Below, piece by piece: positions 27,285 through 36,744 of a DNA stretch of 64,000 nucleotides. The number at the start of each line of letters is the position of its first letter. Position 1 is the first letter of the stretch. The position numbers and the translations under genes were made by a program. The stretch is from positions 867,111 through 931,110 of the forward strand of contig CAWIDI010000005.1 in the NCBI GenBank assembly GCA_963834915.1, read 5' to 3'. Source of the DNA: an uncultured Chloroflexia bacterium. GTDB lineage: Bacteria > Chloroflexota > Limnocylindria > Limnocylindrales > CSP1-4. The notes under the pieces are model-generated. The model was not told where the DNA came from. It searched no databases and was given only the letters and a program-made list of their open reading frames with translations.

Positions 27285-28172
27285 ATGGCCATGACGCTGC
27301 TCGACCGGCTGCTCGCGGCCATCGGCGCGCTCGCGGCCACGGCACGACGGCTCACGGGCGGCTCTCGCATGGGCGTCCGAGCCCTGATCGTGGTGCTCCT
27401 GCTGGTCTCCGCCGTGCCGACCTTCTGGATCGGCAGCTCGAAGCGGCCGACCGACCTCTCCTTCGACGACGTCCGCTACCAGCGCCTGCCGGCGATGACG
27501 TCATGGTTCCGGATCGAGGGGAACCTGCGATCGGCCGACAACCCCCTCCAGCCACTCGTCTACGAGCTGGTCGACCCGGCTGACGGCACGTCATTCCTCA
27601 ACGTCCTCGCGCTGTCGCCGCTGCCGCTCGGGCCGATCACCCTGACCGGGAGCCTGTCGGCCACCGGGCCGGGCGAGGGCGGGTACCTCGGCTGGTTCGA
27701 CGCCGACGGCGTGACCGAGCCGCGGCAGGACGACCGGTTCTGGTTGATCCTGCTCCCGGGTGCCATCGGCCTCCTGATCCTGCTCGGCCTCCAGCTGGGG
27801 TATCCCCTGGTCCGGCCCGACCGCCGGGGCCGGGCGGTGGCGTCGCCCACGGACCCGGTCAGGCCGGCCCCGAGCGACGGCGTGCCCGCGGCCTGGGCCG
27901 GCTGGATCCGCTCGGAAAGCGCCCCGTTGTCCGACCCGAAGCCGTGCGTGGTGACCGTCACGCCGGGTCCGGATGTCGCCAAGCTGACCATCGCCGATGG
28001 CGGCCACGAGCGGCCGGTCCCGGTCCGCCGCGGTGGCGCCGCCCGCCGGGTCAGGCTCTGGGAACTCCACCGCGGCCAGCCGGCGCTGGACGTCCGCGGC
28101 GCCGGCGGCGACGTCATCCTCGTGTTCGACGACGAGGTCCTCCGCGACCGGGTCGGGGCCGCGCTGGGGTAG
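27285..28172 (+). CDS. Hypothetical membrane protein (2 TMS flanking an extracytoplasmic domain, plus a cytoplasmic C-terminal domain)
   Basis: MAMTLLDRL...VRALIVVLLLVSAVPTFWIG ... FWLILLPGAIGLLILLGLQLG...; no family recognised; directly upstream and co-directional with the ABC exporter pair. Confidence 0.45.
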   Translation: MAMTLLDRLLAAIGALAATARRLTGGSRMGVRALIVVLLLVSAVPTFWIGSSKRPTDLSFDDVRYQRLPAMTSWFRIEGNLRSADNPLQPLVYELVDPADGTSFLNVLALSPLPLGPITLTGSLSATGPGEGGYLGWFDADGVTEPRQDDRFWLILLPGAIGLLILLGLQLGYPLVRPDRRGRAVASPTDPVRPAPSDGVPAAWAGWIRSESAPLSDPKPCVVTVTPGPDVAKLTIADGGHERPVPVRRGGAARRVRLWELHRGQPALDVRGAGGDVILVFDDEVLRDRVGAALG

Positions 28173-28277
28173 ACCGCGCACCGGACTGCGCCAGCGCGTT
28201 GCGTCGTCGCTACGGATGACCTAGATTATCAACGTGGCATTGAATATCACGTCCTCGGCCGCGGCCGAGGCTCCCCG

Positions 28278-30017
28278 ATGATCGCCCTGCTCCGGACCTA
28301 CCTGCGCCCCTATGCGGCGCAGCTGGCCGTCGTCCTCGTGCTGCTGCTCATCGGCGCGCTGGGAAGCCTCTACCTGCCCGACCTCAACGGCGAGATCATC
28401 GACAACGGCATCGCCAAGGGCGACACCGCCTACATCGTCCGTGTCGGCGGGCTGATGCTCCTGGTCACGGCCCTCCTGGGGGTCGCCTCGGTGCTCGCGG
28501 TCTTCGGCGGCGCCCGCATCGCGATGGGCTTCGGCCGGGACGTGCGCTCGGCGATCTTCACGAAGGTCGAGACGTTCTCGCAGGTCGAGGTCAACCACTT
28601 CGGGCCGGCGTCGCTGATCACGCGCAACACCAACGATGTCCAGCAGGTCCAGACGCTGGTGTTCACCGGGCTGACCATCCTGGTCTCCGCGCCGATCCTC
28701 ATCGTCGGCGGGATCTTCATGGCGCTCCGGACCGATGTCCCGCTGTCGGCGCTGCTGCTCGTGATCCTGCCGCTGATGGCCCTCGTGATCGGTCTGGTCA
28801 TGAGCCGCGCGATCCCGCTCTTCAGGGCGATGCAGATCAAGATCGACCGGATCAACCAGGTCATGCGCGAGACGCTGTCGGGGATCCGCGTCATCCGGGC
28901 GTTCGTCCAGACCCGCCGCGAGGAGGCGCGCTTCGACGTCGCGAGCGACGACCTCTTCCAGACGGCGCTCAAGACCAGCCGCCTGTTCGCGGTCACGATC
29001 CCGGTCATCTCGGTGATCTTCCAGCTCTCGACGGTCGCGGTCATGTGGTTCGGGGCGATGCGCGTCGACTCGGGGGCGATGCAGATCGGTGCCCTGACCG
29101 CGTTCCTCCAGTACCTCAGCCAGATCCTCTTCGCGGTGCTGACCGCCGTCTTCATGTTCATCCTGGTGCCGCGCGCCACGGTCTCGGCGGCTCGCATCCA
29201 GGAGGTCCTGCGCACCGAGCCCGCGATCACGGACCCGGCCAGTCCGGTCAAGCCCACGCCCATCGGCCGGCCTGGCCTCGTGGAGTTCCACGACGTCGAG
29301 TTCGGCTACCCGGGCGCCGAGGAGCCGGTCCTCCACGCCATCTCCTTCACGGCCCGCCCCGGCGAGACGACCGCGATCATCGGGAGCACGGGCAGCGGCA
29401 AGTCCACGCTCATCAACCTCATCCCGCGGCTCTACGACGTGACCGGCGGATCCGTCACCGTCGACGGCGTCGACGTGCGCGCGATGGCCCGCGAGGACCT
29501 CTGGGCGCACATCGGGTTCATCCCGCAGAAGGCGTTCCTGTTCAGCGGCACCGTCGCCTCGAACCTGCGCTTCGGCGACCAGGACGCCACCGACGAGCAG
29601 CTCTGGGCGGCGCTCTCGATCGCCCAGGGACGGGACTTCGTCGAGGCGATGGACGGCCAGCTCGAGGCGCCGATCACCCAGGGCGGGACCAATGTCTCCG
29701 GCGGGCAGCGGCAGCGCCTCGCGATCGCCCGGGCGCTGGTCAAGCGCGCCCCGATCTTCGTCTTCGACGACAGCTTCTCGGCACTCGATTTCAGCACCGA
29801 CGCGCGGCTGCGGGCCGCCCTCGGGCGCGAGCTCGGCGACGCGACCATGATCATCGTCGCGCAGCGGGTCGGCACGATCATGAAGGCCGACCGGATCATC
29901 GTCCTCGACGCTGGCCGCGTCGTCGGGTCCGGCACCCATCCGGAGCTGCTGGCGACCAACGAGACCTACCGGGAGATCGTCTACTCGCAGCTCTCGATCG
30001 ACGAGGCGGCAGGGTGA
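28278..30017 (+). CDS. ABC exporter, fused permease/ATPase (MsbA/MdlB-like), subunit 1 of a heterodimeric pair
   Basis: 6-TMS type I exporter domain plus NBD (GSTGSGKSTLINLI...LSGGQRQRLAIARALVKRAPIFVFDDSFSALD); 579 aa. Confidence 0.85.
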   Translation: MIALLRTYLRPYAAQLAVVLVLLLIGALGSLYLPDLNGEIIDNGIAKGDTAYIVRVGGLMLLVTALLGVASVLAVFGGARIAMGFGRDVRSAIFTKVETFSQVEVNHFGPASLITRNTNDVQQVQTLVFTGLTILVSAPILIVGGIFMALRTDVPLSALLLVILPLMALVIGLVMSRAIPLFRAMQIKIDRINQVMRETLSGIRVIRAFVQTRREEARFDVASDDLFQTALKTSRLFAVTIPVISVIFQLSTVAVMWFGAMRVDSGAMQIGALTAFLQYLSQILFAVLTAVFMFILVPRATVSAARIQEVLRTEPAITDPASPVKPTPIGRPGLVEFHDVEFGYPGAEEPVLHAISFTARPGETTAIIGSTGSGKSTLINLIPRLYDVTGGSVTVDGVDVRAMAREDLWAHIGFIPQKAFLFSGTVASNLRFGDQDATDEQLWAALSIAQGRDFVEAMDGQLEAPITQGGTNVSGGQRQRLAIARALVKRAPIFVFDDSFSALDFSTDARLRAALGRELGDATMIIVAQRVGTIMKADRIIVLDAGRVVGSGTHPELLATNETYREIVYSQLSIDEAAG

Positions 30018-32005
30018 GCGGGCGACCGGGCGCCGGCGGTCCTCCGGCCGGCGGTCCCCCACCCGGCGGTCCCCCACCCGGCGCGCGCCGCGGCCCCGGG
30101 ATGATGGGGATGGGCATGCCGGTCGGCAAGCCGACCGACTTCCGGGGCGCGCTCCGCCGGCTGTTCGGCCATCTCGGACCTGAGCGGCCGCTGATCGCGC
30201 TCGTCGTGCTGCTCGCGATCGTGAGCGTGACCTTCGCCGTGGTCGGGCCGAAGATCCTGGGCGAGGCGACCAACCAGATCCTCGAGGGGGCCATCAGCGG
30301 ACAGCTCCCCGCCGGATCGACGCAGGAGCAGGTGATCGCCCAGCTCCACGCCCAGGGCCAGGACCAGCTCGCCGACTTCCTCGGGAGCCTGACGCTGACG
30401 CCCGGCGTCGGCATCGACTTCACGGAGCTCGGGCGGATCCTCGGGTTCCTGGCGATCCTCTACGTGCTGAGCGCGGCCTTCAGCTGGGTGCAGGCCTACG
30501 TCATGGCCGGCGTCACCCAGCGGACCGTCTACCGGCTCCGGGAGGAGGTCGACCGCAAGCTCGCGCGGCTGCCGCTGCGCTACTTCGACGGGCATTCCCG
30601 CGGCGACCTGCTCAGTCGGGTCACCAACGACATCGACAACATCGGCCAGTCGCTCCAGCAGACCCTGACCCAGCTCATCACGTCGCTGTTCACGATCATC
30701 GGCGTGTTGATCATGATGCTGACGATCAGCCCGGTCCTCGCCGCCGTGTCGCTCCTCGCGGTGCCCCTCTCGCTGGTCGCGACAGCACTGATCATCCGCC
30801 GCTCCCAGCCGCAGTTCGTCAAGCAGTGGGCCTCCACCGGGACGCTCAACGGCCACGTCGAGGAGAGCCACACGGGCCACGCCATCGTCAAGCTGTTCGG
30901 GCGGCAGCAGGAGGCGATCGCGACCTTCGACGCCGAGAACGCGAAGCTTTACGAGGCGAGCTACAAGGCGCAGTTCATCTCCGGGATCATCCAGCCGGTC
31001 ATGAACTTCATCGCCAACCTCAACTACGTCGCGATCGCGGTCATCGGCGGCCTGCGCGTCGTCAGCGGCCAGCAGTCGCTGGGCGACATCGTCGCGTTCA
31101 TCCAGTACTCGCGGCAGTTCACGTTCCCACTCATCCAGACCGCGAGCATCGTCAACGTGCTCCAGTCCGCGGCCGCCTCCGCGGAGCGCGTCTTCGAGCT
31201 GCTCGACGAGGAGGAGGAGATCCCCGACCCCGTGGCGCCGGCATCGCTCGGCCAGGCCAGGGGCGCGGTCGCCTTCGAGGACGTCTCCTTCCGCTACGAG
31301 CCCGACCGGCCGCTGATCGACGACCTCGACCTCGTCGCCGACGCCGGCGACACCATCGCGATCGTCGGGCCGACGGGTGCCGGCAAGACGACGCTGGTCA
31401 ACCTGCTGATGCGCTTCTACGAGCTCGACGGCGGGCGGATCACCATCGACGGGATCGACTCGCGCGAGCTCACGCGGGACGCCCTCCGCCGGACCTTCGG
31501 GATGGTCCTCCAGGACACGTGGCTCTTCAACGGCACGATCCGCGAGAACGTCGCCTACGGCCGTGAGGACGCGGACGAGGCGGACATCGTGGCGGCGGCC
31601 GAGGCCGCCCACGTCGACCACTTCGTGCGGACCCTGCCCGACGGCTACGACACGATCATCGACGACGACGCCACGAACCTGTCGGCCGGGGAGAAGCAGC
31701 TCCTCACGATCGCCCGGGCGTTCCTGGCCGACCCGCCGGTGCTCATCCTCGACGAGGCCACGAGCTCGGTCGACACCCGCACCGAGGTCCTCATCCAGCG
31801 CGCGATGGCCAAGCTGATGGAGGGCCGCACGACGTTCGTCATCGCCCACCGCCTCTCGACCATCCGCGACGCCGACACGATCCTCGTCATGGAGGCCGGT
31901 CACATCGTCGAGCAGGGCACCCACGACGAGCTGCTCGCGCGCAAGGGCGCCTACGCGAACCTCTACGAGTCGCAGTTCGCCCAGCCGCTCGACGAGGCGA
32001 GCTAG
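30014..32005 (+). CDS. ABC exporter, fused permease/ATPase, subunit 2 (GTG start overlapping the upstream stop; GGPPPG-repeat N-terminus)
   Basis: VSGRPGAGGPPAGGPPPGGPPPGARRGPGMMGMGMPVGKPTDFRG... then 6 TMS plus NBD (GPTGAGKTTLVNLL...LSAGEKQLLTIARAFLADPPVLILDEATSSVD); GTGA overlap at 30014-30017. Confidence 0.85.
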   Translation: MSGRPGAGGPPAGGPPPGGPPPGARRGPGMMGMGMPVGKPTDFRGALRRLFGHLGPERPLIALVVLLAIVSVTFAVVGPKILGEATNQILEGAISGQLPAGSTQEQVIAQLHAQGQDQLADFLGSLTLTPGVGIDFTELGRILGFLAILYVLSAAFSWVQAYVMAGVTQRTVYRLREEVDRKLARLPLRYFDGHSRGDLLSRVTNDIDNIGQSLQQTLTQLITSLFTIIGVLIMMLTISPVLAAVSLLAVPLSLVATALIIRRSQPQFVKQWASTGTLNGHVEESHTGHAIVKLFGRQQEAIATFDAENAKLYEASYKAQFISGIIQPVMNFIANLNYVAIAVIGGLRVVSGQQSLGDIVAFIQYSRQFTFPLIQTASIVNVLQSAAASAERVFELLDEEEEIPDPVAPASLGQARGAVAFEDVSFRYEPDRPLIDDLDLVADAGDTIAIVGPTGAGKTTLVNLLMRFYELDGGRITIDGIDSRELTRDALRRTFGMVLQDTWLFNGTIRENVAYGREDADEADIVAAAEAAHVDHFVRTLPDGYDTIIDDDATNLSAGEKQLLTIARAFLADPPVLILDEATSSVDTRTEVLIQRAMAKLMEGRTTFVIAHRLSTIRDADTILVMEAGHIVEQGTHDELLARKGAYANLYESQFAQPLDEAS

Positions 32006-32090
32006 GCGGACGGCGCGAGCAGGCCAAGCGTCCGACCCCGGTGACGCCCGCCGAGGAGGGTGCGGGCGTCACCGGGATGGACGACGAGGG

Positions 32091-32876
32091 TTACGCGATC
32101 TTGTCCCAGAACTCGGCGATGACCTTGGCCGTCTGGTCGGGGCGATCCTCGTTGGGACAATGCCCCGCGTCAGCGATGACGGTGACCGGTGCGTCGAGAT
32201 CGAGGGCCATCTGGTCCTGCATCGCCAACGGCCAGGCGTCATCGTTCTCGCCGTATACCACGTGGACCGGCATCCCGGTGGCGTGGACCTGCTCCACGAT
32301 GGACGGCTCGCTCAGCAAGTGCCTCGCGTGGGTGACGACGGAACGAGGGTCGCTCACTGCCCAACGCCGCTTGAGCACCTCGTATCTCGGGCTCTTGCGG
32401 GCCTCTGCGTCGCGCCGGGTATCCCAGGCTTCCGGCATCGAGCGGGTGGACAGGACGTCGATGATCTCGGTGAGGTCGGGCAACCCGAACCTGCCGTGGG
32501 GTCCGCTGCAGAACAGCGTCAGCGACGCCCAACGACGGGGCGCCAACACGACTGCGCGTTGTGCGACGAGTCCTCCGAACGAATGCCCGAGCACGTGGGG
32601 CCGCGCGAGGGCGAAGTGGTCTACCAATGCGATGGCATCTCGTGCCAGCGTTGGGATCGTGTACGCGTCGTCGCGGTGGCTGTGCGCCGACTCGTGCTGG
32701 CCACGGTTGTCGAAGGTGACGACGCGATAGCCGCGGGCGGTCAGGAGCGGACCCATCTCCGCGAAGTCTTCCTTGCTTCCCGTGAACCCGTGGATCAGCA
32801 GCGCGTCGCCGCGGTGCCGCGTCGGCTCGAAGACCTCGACCGCCAGCGGCTCGCCATGGATCTCGACGAGTCGCAT
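32091..32876 (-). CDS. Alpha/beta-fold hydrolase
   Basis: ALLIHGFTGS...VLGHSFGGLVA (GxSxG nucleophile elbow) ...DAGHCPNED (His of the triad); 7 bp downstream of the GH3 gene on the same strand. Confidence 0.75.
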   Translation of the reverse strand: MRLVEIHGEPLAVEVFEPTRHRGDALLIHGFTGSKEDFAEMGPLLTARGYRVVTFDNRGQHESAHSHRDDAYTIPTLARDAIALVDHFALARPHVLGHSFGGLVAQRAVVLAPRRWASLTLFCSGPHGRFGLPDLTEIIDVLSTRSMPEAWDTRRDAEARKSPRYEVLKRRWAVSDPRSVVTHARHLLSEPSIVEQVHATGMPVHVVYGENDDAWPLAMQDQMALDLDAPVTVIADAGHCPNEDRPDQTAKVIAEFWDKIA

Positions 32877-32882
32877 CGTCGA

Positions 32883-35213
32883 TCACGCGTTCGGGCTGCT
32901 CACGAGGCCCGGACCGTCGATCGTGTCCGCCGTCGCGAGCGTGACACGCAGCGAGCTCGAGAGCTCCTCGAGCCGCGCATCGGGCTCTGGACCTCCAGCG
33001 GGTGCGGCGAACTCCAGCAGGTCCCGGATCGGCATCGCGCTGAAATAGCTATGGAAGTGTGGGTCGAGGTCGTCTGGGTGTTCCACGGCCTCACCGAACA
33101 TATCGCCGAGGATGGGCGCGAGCGACCGGAGCAGTTCGAGCGCCTCAGGCCGGCCCGCAGCATCGCCCAGCCAGTCCTGGAGCGGCGACATGTCGTTGAG
33201 GGTCGACGGAACGCTCGTGGTCCGCGCCACCGAGACCGGGATCGACGCGTGGATCGCCGCTGACGAGGACCCGACCAGGATCTCGAAATCGCCTGCCTCC
33301 GTGACCCAGGCGTGCAACCTGGGATCCCAGAAGGAGAAGGCTCGTGGTTCGAGAACGATGTCCACGGACCGCGTCTCCCCCGGGCCGAGATGGACCTTCG
33401 CGAAGCCACGAAGCTCTTTGTGTGGACGCTGTACGGAAGCCTCGGTGTCGCGGACGTAGACCTGGACGACGTCGCTGCCAGCGCGGTCACCCGTGTTGGT
33501 GACATCGCACGAGACGGTCACCCCATCCACGTCGGCGACGCTCTGGGCCGAGGTGCGGATGTTCTGGTACTTGAACGTGGTGTACGAGAGGCCGTGGCCG
33601 AATGGGAACGCGACGGGCTGATGCCGCGCCTCGTACCAGCGATACCCGATATAGAGGCCCTCGCCGTAGCGGACTCGGTCGCCGTCACCGGGGAAGTTGA
33701 GATAGGCGGGGGTGTCTTCGAGTCGCAACGGGAACGTCTCAGCAAGTCGGCCCGACGGGTTGACGACTCCGAAGAGGATGTCGGCGACCGCCCCGCCGGC
33801 GGCCTGCCCGGACAGCCACGCTTCGAGCACGGCAGCCGCCCCATCCATCCACGGCGTCAGGGATACCGCGGATCCGTTGAACAGGACGACGATCGTGCTC
33901 GGCTGCGAAGAACAGACCGCGGTCAGCAGCGCAACATGCTGCGGCGTGAGATCCATGTCCGTCCGGTCGCCGCCTTCCGACTCCCGGGTCATCGGCATCG
34001 CGATAAAGACGACAGCGGCGTCCGCGGCGGCCGCGGCCGCGACCGCCTCGGCGACCAGGTCAGGCCGCTCTGCATCTCCATCATCGTAGCCTTCGGCGTA
34101 GACGACCTCGGCGTCACGCGCGAGGTGCGCGAGCTCATCGATCGGCACGTCCACTCGCGTCGGCGTGATCTGCGAGCTGCCGCCACCCTGGATGCGCGGC
34201 TCCTTCGCAGCACGGCCGATGACCGCCAGTCTGCCGCCGGCCGATAGCGGAAGCACCCCGTCGTTCTTGAGCAGGACCATCCCGTTGGCCGCGATACGCC
34301 GGGCAAGGTCGTGGTGGGCAGCCACGTCGAATGATCCGCCCTTCGGCGTTTCGGACGCCCGGACGATGACCCTCAGGACACGCAGGGCCGCCTCGTCCAC
34401 GACCCGCTCATCGAGCACGCCGCTGCGCACCGCTTCGATGACGGCGCGCACTCGGCGCGGACGCGGGCCGGGCATCTCGAGGTCCGTGCCGGCCGCGACG
34501 GCGCTCGGTCGGTCATGGACCGCTGCCCAGTCGGATACGACGAAGCCGTCGAAGCCCCATTCCGACCGCAGCACATCGGTCAGCAGCGCGCGGTGCTCCG
34601 AGGCGTAGACCCCGTTGATCCGGTTATAGGCGCACATCACCGTCCACGGCTTCGATGTCGTGACGGCATGCTCGAATGCGGGAAGGTAGAGCTCACGCAG
34701 CGTGCGGTCGTCGACCTCGGCGCTCACCGACATCCGCCGCGTCTCCTGATTGTTCACCGCGAGGTGCTTGAGCGACGCACCGACCCCCACGGACTGTACC
34801 CCGTCGATCCATCCCACCGCGAGACGCCCAGCCAGGAACGGGTCTTCGGAGAAGTATTCGAAGTTCCTACCGCAGAGCGGCGACCGCTTCATGTTGACCC
34901 CGGGACCGAGCACCACGTCGACCTCGAGGGCCACCGCCTCATGACCGATCGCGACGCCCATCTCGCGGACGAGCGCCGGATCCCAGGTCGCAGATGTGCT
35001 CGACGCGGTCGGAAAGCACGTCGCGGCATGCGCCCCGAATGCCATCGACCCTGTCGATGCGGTACGCCGCACTCCGTGCGGGCCATCCGACATCCGGAGC
35101 GACGGCAAGCCGATCCGATCGATGGGCGTCGTGGTCCACGCCGAGTCGCCTGTGAGCAGTCCGACCTTCTCCTCGAGCGTCATCGCCTCGAGGAATGCCT
35201 CGGCCGACCTCAC
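32883..35213 (-). CDS. Glycoside hydrolase family 3 beta-glucosidase (BglX-like)
   Basis: MRSAEAFLEAMTLEEKVGLLTG...GFDGFVVSDWAAVHD (GH3 SDW nucleophile motif)... 776 aa intact. Confidence 0.85.
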   Translation of the reverse strand: MRSAEAFLEAMTLEEKVGLLTGDSAWTTTPIDRIGLPSLRMSDGPHGVRRTASTGSMAFGAHAATCFPTASSTSATWDPALVREMGVAIGHEAVALEVDVVLGPGVNMKRSPLCGRNFEYFSEDPFLAGRLAVGWIDGVQSVGVGASLKHLAVNNQETRRMSVSAEVDDRTLRELYLPAFEHAVTTSKPWTVMCAYNRINGVYASEHRALLTDVLRSEWGFDGFVVSDWAAVHDRPSAVAAGTDLEMPGPRPRRVRAVIEAVRSGVLDERVVDEAALRVLRVIVRASETPKGGSFDVAAHHDLARRIAANGMVLLKNDGVLPLSAGGRLAVIGRAAKEPRIQGGGSSQITPTRVDVPIDELAHLARDAEVVYAEGYDDGDAERPDLVAEAVAAAAAADAAVVFIAMPMTRESEGGDRTDMDLTPQHVALLTAVCSSQPSTIVVLFNGSAVSLTPWMDGAAAVLEAWLSGQAAGGAVADILFGVVNPSGRLAETFPLRLEDTPAYLNFPGDGDRVRYGEGLYIGYRWYEARHQPVAFPFGHGLSYTTFKYQNIRTSAQSVADVDGVTVSCDVTNTGDRAGSDVVQVYVRDTEASVQRPHKELRGFAKVHLGPGETRSVDIVLEPRAFSFWDPRLHAWVTEAGDFEILVGSSSAAIHASIPVSVARTTSVPSTLNDMSPLQDWLGDAAGRPEALELLRSLAPILGDMFGEAVEHPDDLDPHFHSYFSAMPIRDLLEFAAPAGGPEPDARLEELSSSLRVTLATADTIDGPGLVSSPNA

Positions 35214-35259
35214 CTCTTTCTCGCCGGTCGCGTGGCCCCGACATCGAATCGGTTACGAA

Positions 35260-35315
35260 TTGACACGTGTAAATCCATGAGCGAACGCTATCCACCAGAG
35301 GTCGGATGTGTCAAG
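35260..35315 (-). promoter_or_regulatory. Predicted promoter (TTGACA-N18-TAGCGT on minus strand) with downstream 18-bp operator TTGACACGTGTAAATCCA (core palindrome ACACGTGT) for the GH3 gene
   Basis: -35 tgtcaa at 35310-35315 (reverse), -10 acgcta at 35285-35290 (reverse), operator 35260-35277; near-identical 18-mer recurs at 36596-36613. Confidence 0.45.
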
Positions 35316-35362
35316 GAGCAAGCGTCGTCCGGCCCGCAGTGCTGCCGTGGCACGAGCTGGCG

Positions 35363-36367
35363 TCAGGCCGACTCGCGGACGATCACGTTGTAGGTATGGG
35401 AGATCGCGTGCATCTCCGTGGCCCCACCTTCCCGCGCCGCGATCACGAGACGCGCGAGCTCATCGGCCACCTCGGCGTGTCGAGTGTCGATCGTGGTCAG
35501 ACTGGGACTGAAGAGTGCCCCGACCGGGTCGTCGTCGACGCCGATGACCGCGATGTCGCTCGGAACGGTCAAGCCATGCTCGGCGATCCCCGCCAGGACG
35601 GCATACGCGACCATGTCGTTGTAGGCGCACACCCCGGTCACGCGTGGGGACGCCTCCGTCCAGGGGCTGACGGCCGCGGCCGCGCCGTCGCGGCCCAGCG
35701 GCACGGTGCGGATGTCGAGGTCCGGCAACCCGAGCGCCCGGTTCGCGGCCCGCGCCCCCTCGAGGCGGAGCCGGGCGAACGTCTCGACGCGGTGGTCGTC
35801 CGGGTAGGCGTAGCCCAGGCGCCGATGGCCGCGCTCGGCCAGGTATCGCACCTGCGCTTCGCCGACCTCGGCCTGTGACTGCGTCAGCACCCCTGGCTCG
35901 TCGCCGCCGGTCAGGACGAGCCGGATGACATCGGTGCCGGCCGCTCGCATCTCGGTCGCGTCCTGGTCGCCGATCGAATCCATGCCGATTACGGCGCACG
36001 GCCCGATCTCGCGCCAGATCCGTGCGAGCGGGTTGCCGCGCTGGCTGACGCGAAAGATGACCAGGCTCAGCTCGCTCGCGGCGAGGGTCGCCTCCAACTC
36101 GTCGAGCATCGTGTTGACGGCGTGGCCGACGGGGAGGTCGTTGAGGACGAATAGAACGACATCGCTGCGCCCGCTCTTGAGCGTCCGGCCCGGCCCGTAC
36201 TGGCTGTAACCGAGCTCTGCCGCGGCGGCGAGGACGCGCTCACGTGTCTCAGGAGCGACTTTGATCTGCGACAGGCCGTTGACGACGTAGCTCACGGTCG
36301 CGCGTGACACGCCGGCACGCTCGGCCACATCGGCGCTCGTGACCCGGCCGCTCTGGGCGCGACTCAT
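35363..36367 (-). CDS. LacI-family transcriptional regulator
   Basis: MSRAQSGRVTSADVAERAGVSRATVSYVVNG (LacI HTH) plus periplasmic-binding-protein-like sugar-binding domain; start ATG at 36367. Confidence 0.85.
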   Translation of the reverse strand: MSRAQSGRVTSADVAERAGVSRATVSYVVNGLSQIKVAPETRERVLAAAAELGYSQYGPGRTLKSGRSDVVLFVLNDLPVGHAVNTMLDELEATLAASELSLVIFRVSQRGNPLARIWREIGPCAVIGMDSIGDQDATEMRAAGTDVIRLVLTGGDEPGVLTQSQAEVGEAQVRYLAERGHRRLGYAYPDDHRVETFARLRLEGARAANRALGLPDLDIRTVPLGRDGAAAAVSPWTEASPRVTGVCAYNDMVAYAVLAGIAEHGLTVPSDIAVIGVDDDPVGALFSPSLTTIDTRHAEVADELARLVIAAREGGATEMHAISHTYNVIVRESA

Positions 36368-36560
36368 CTCACTCGCTCCAACATCGTTCCAATCCCGACG
36401 ATCGAGGGCGTCCACCCCGGGCAACGCATGCTCGGTCGACGTCGCCCGTTGATTGTAGCCACCAGCGCGGTCGCGACCGGTGTGTCCGGACGGCGGATCG
36501 CGCGCCGGAGGCCACTGCCACACCTGCCGTGCGCTACCAAGTCGTATCCCGCACGCAACC

Positions 36561-36613
36561 TTGACACTGCCTAGGGGTTCTAGTAGCGTGCCGACTTGAA
36601 ACGTGTAAATCCA
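36561..36613 (+). promoter_or_regulatory. Predicted promoter TTGACA(36561-36566)-N17-TAGCGT(36584-36589) with operator TTGAAACGTGTAAATCCA (36596-36613) for the sugar ABC operon
   Basis: Same -35/-10 hexamers and same 18-mer (1 mismatch) as upstream of the GH3 gene; operator sits over the predicted +1, consistent with repression by the intervening LacI regulator. Confidence 0.45.
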
Positions 36614-36744
36614 GCATCGGTCCGGACGCGGGATCGAGCGCTGGAGGAGGAGACGAGCGTTTCGAGTCGGCCGCTGACCAGGTCCGATCGTTGGGATGGC
36701 CAGCTGGGCCCCGTGGTTGTGATCGAGCATCCTGAGGAGGACCC

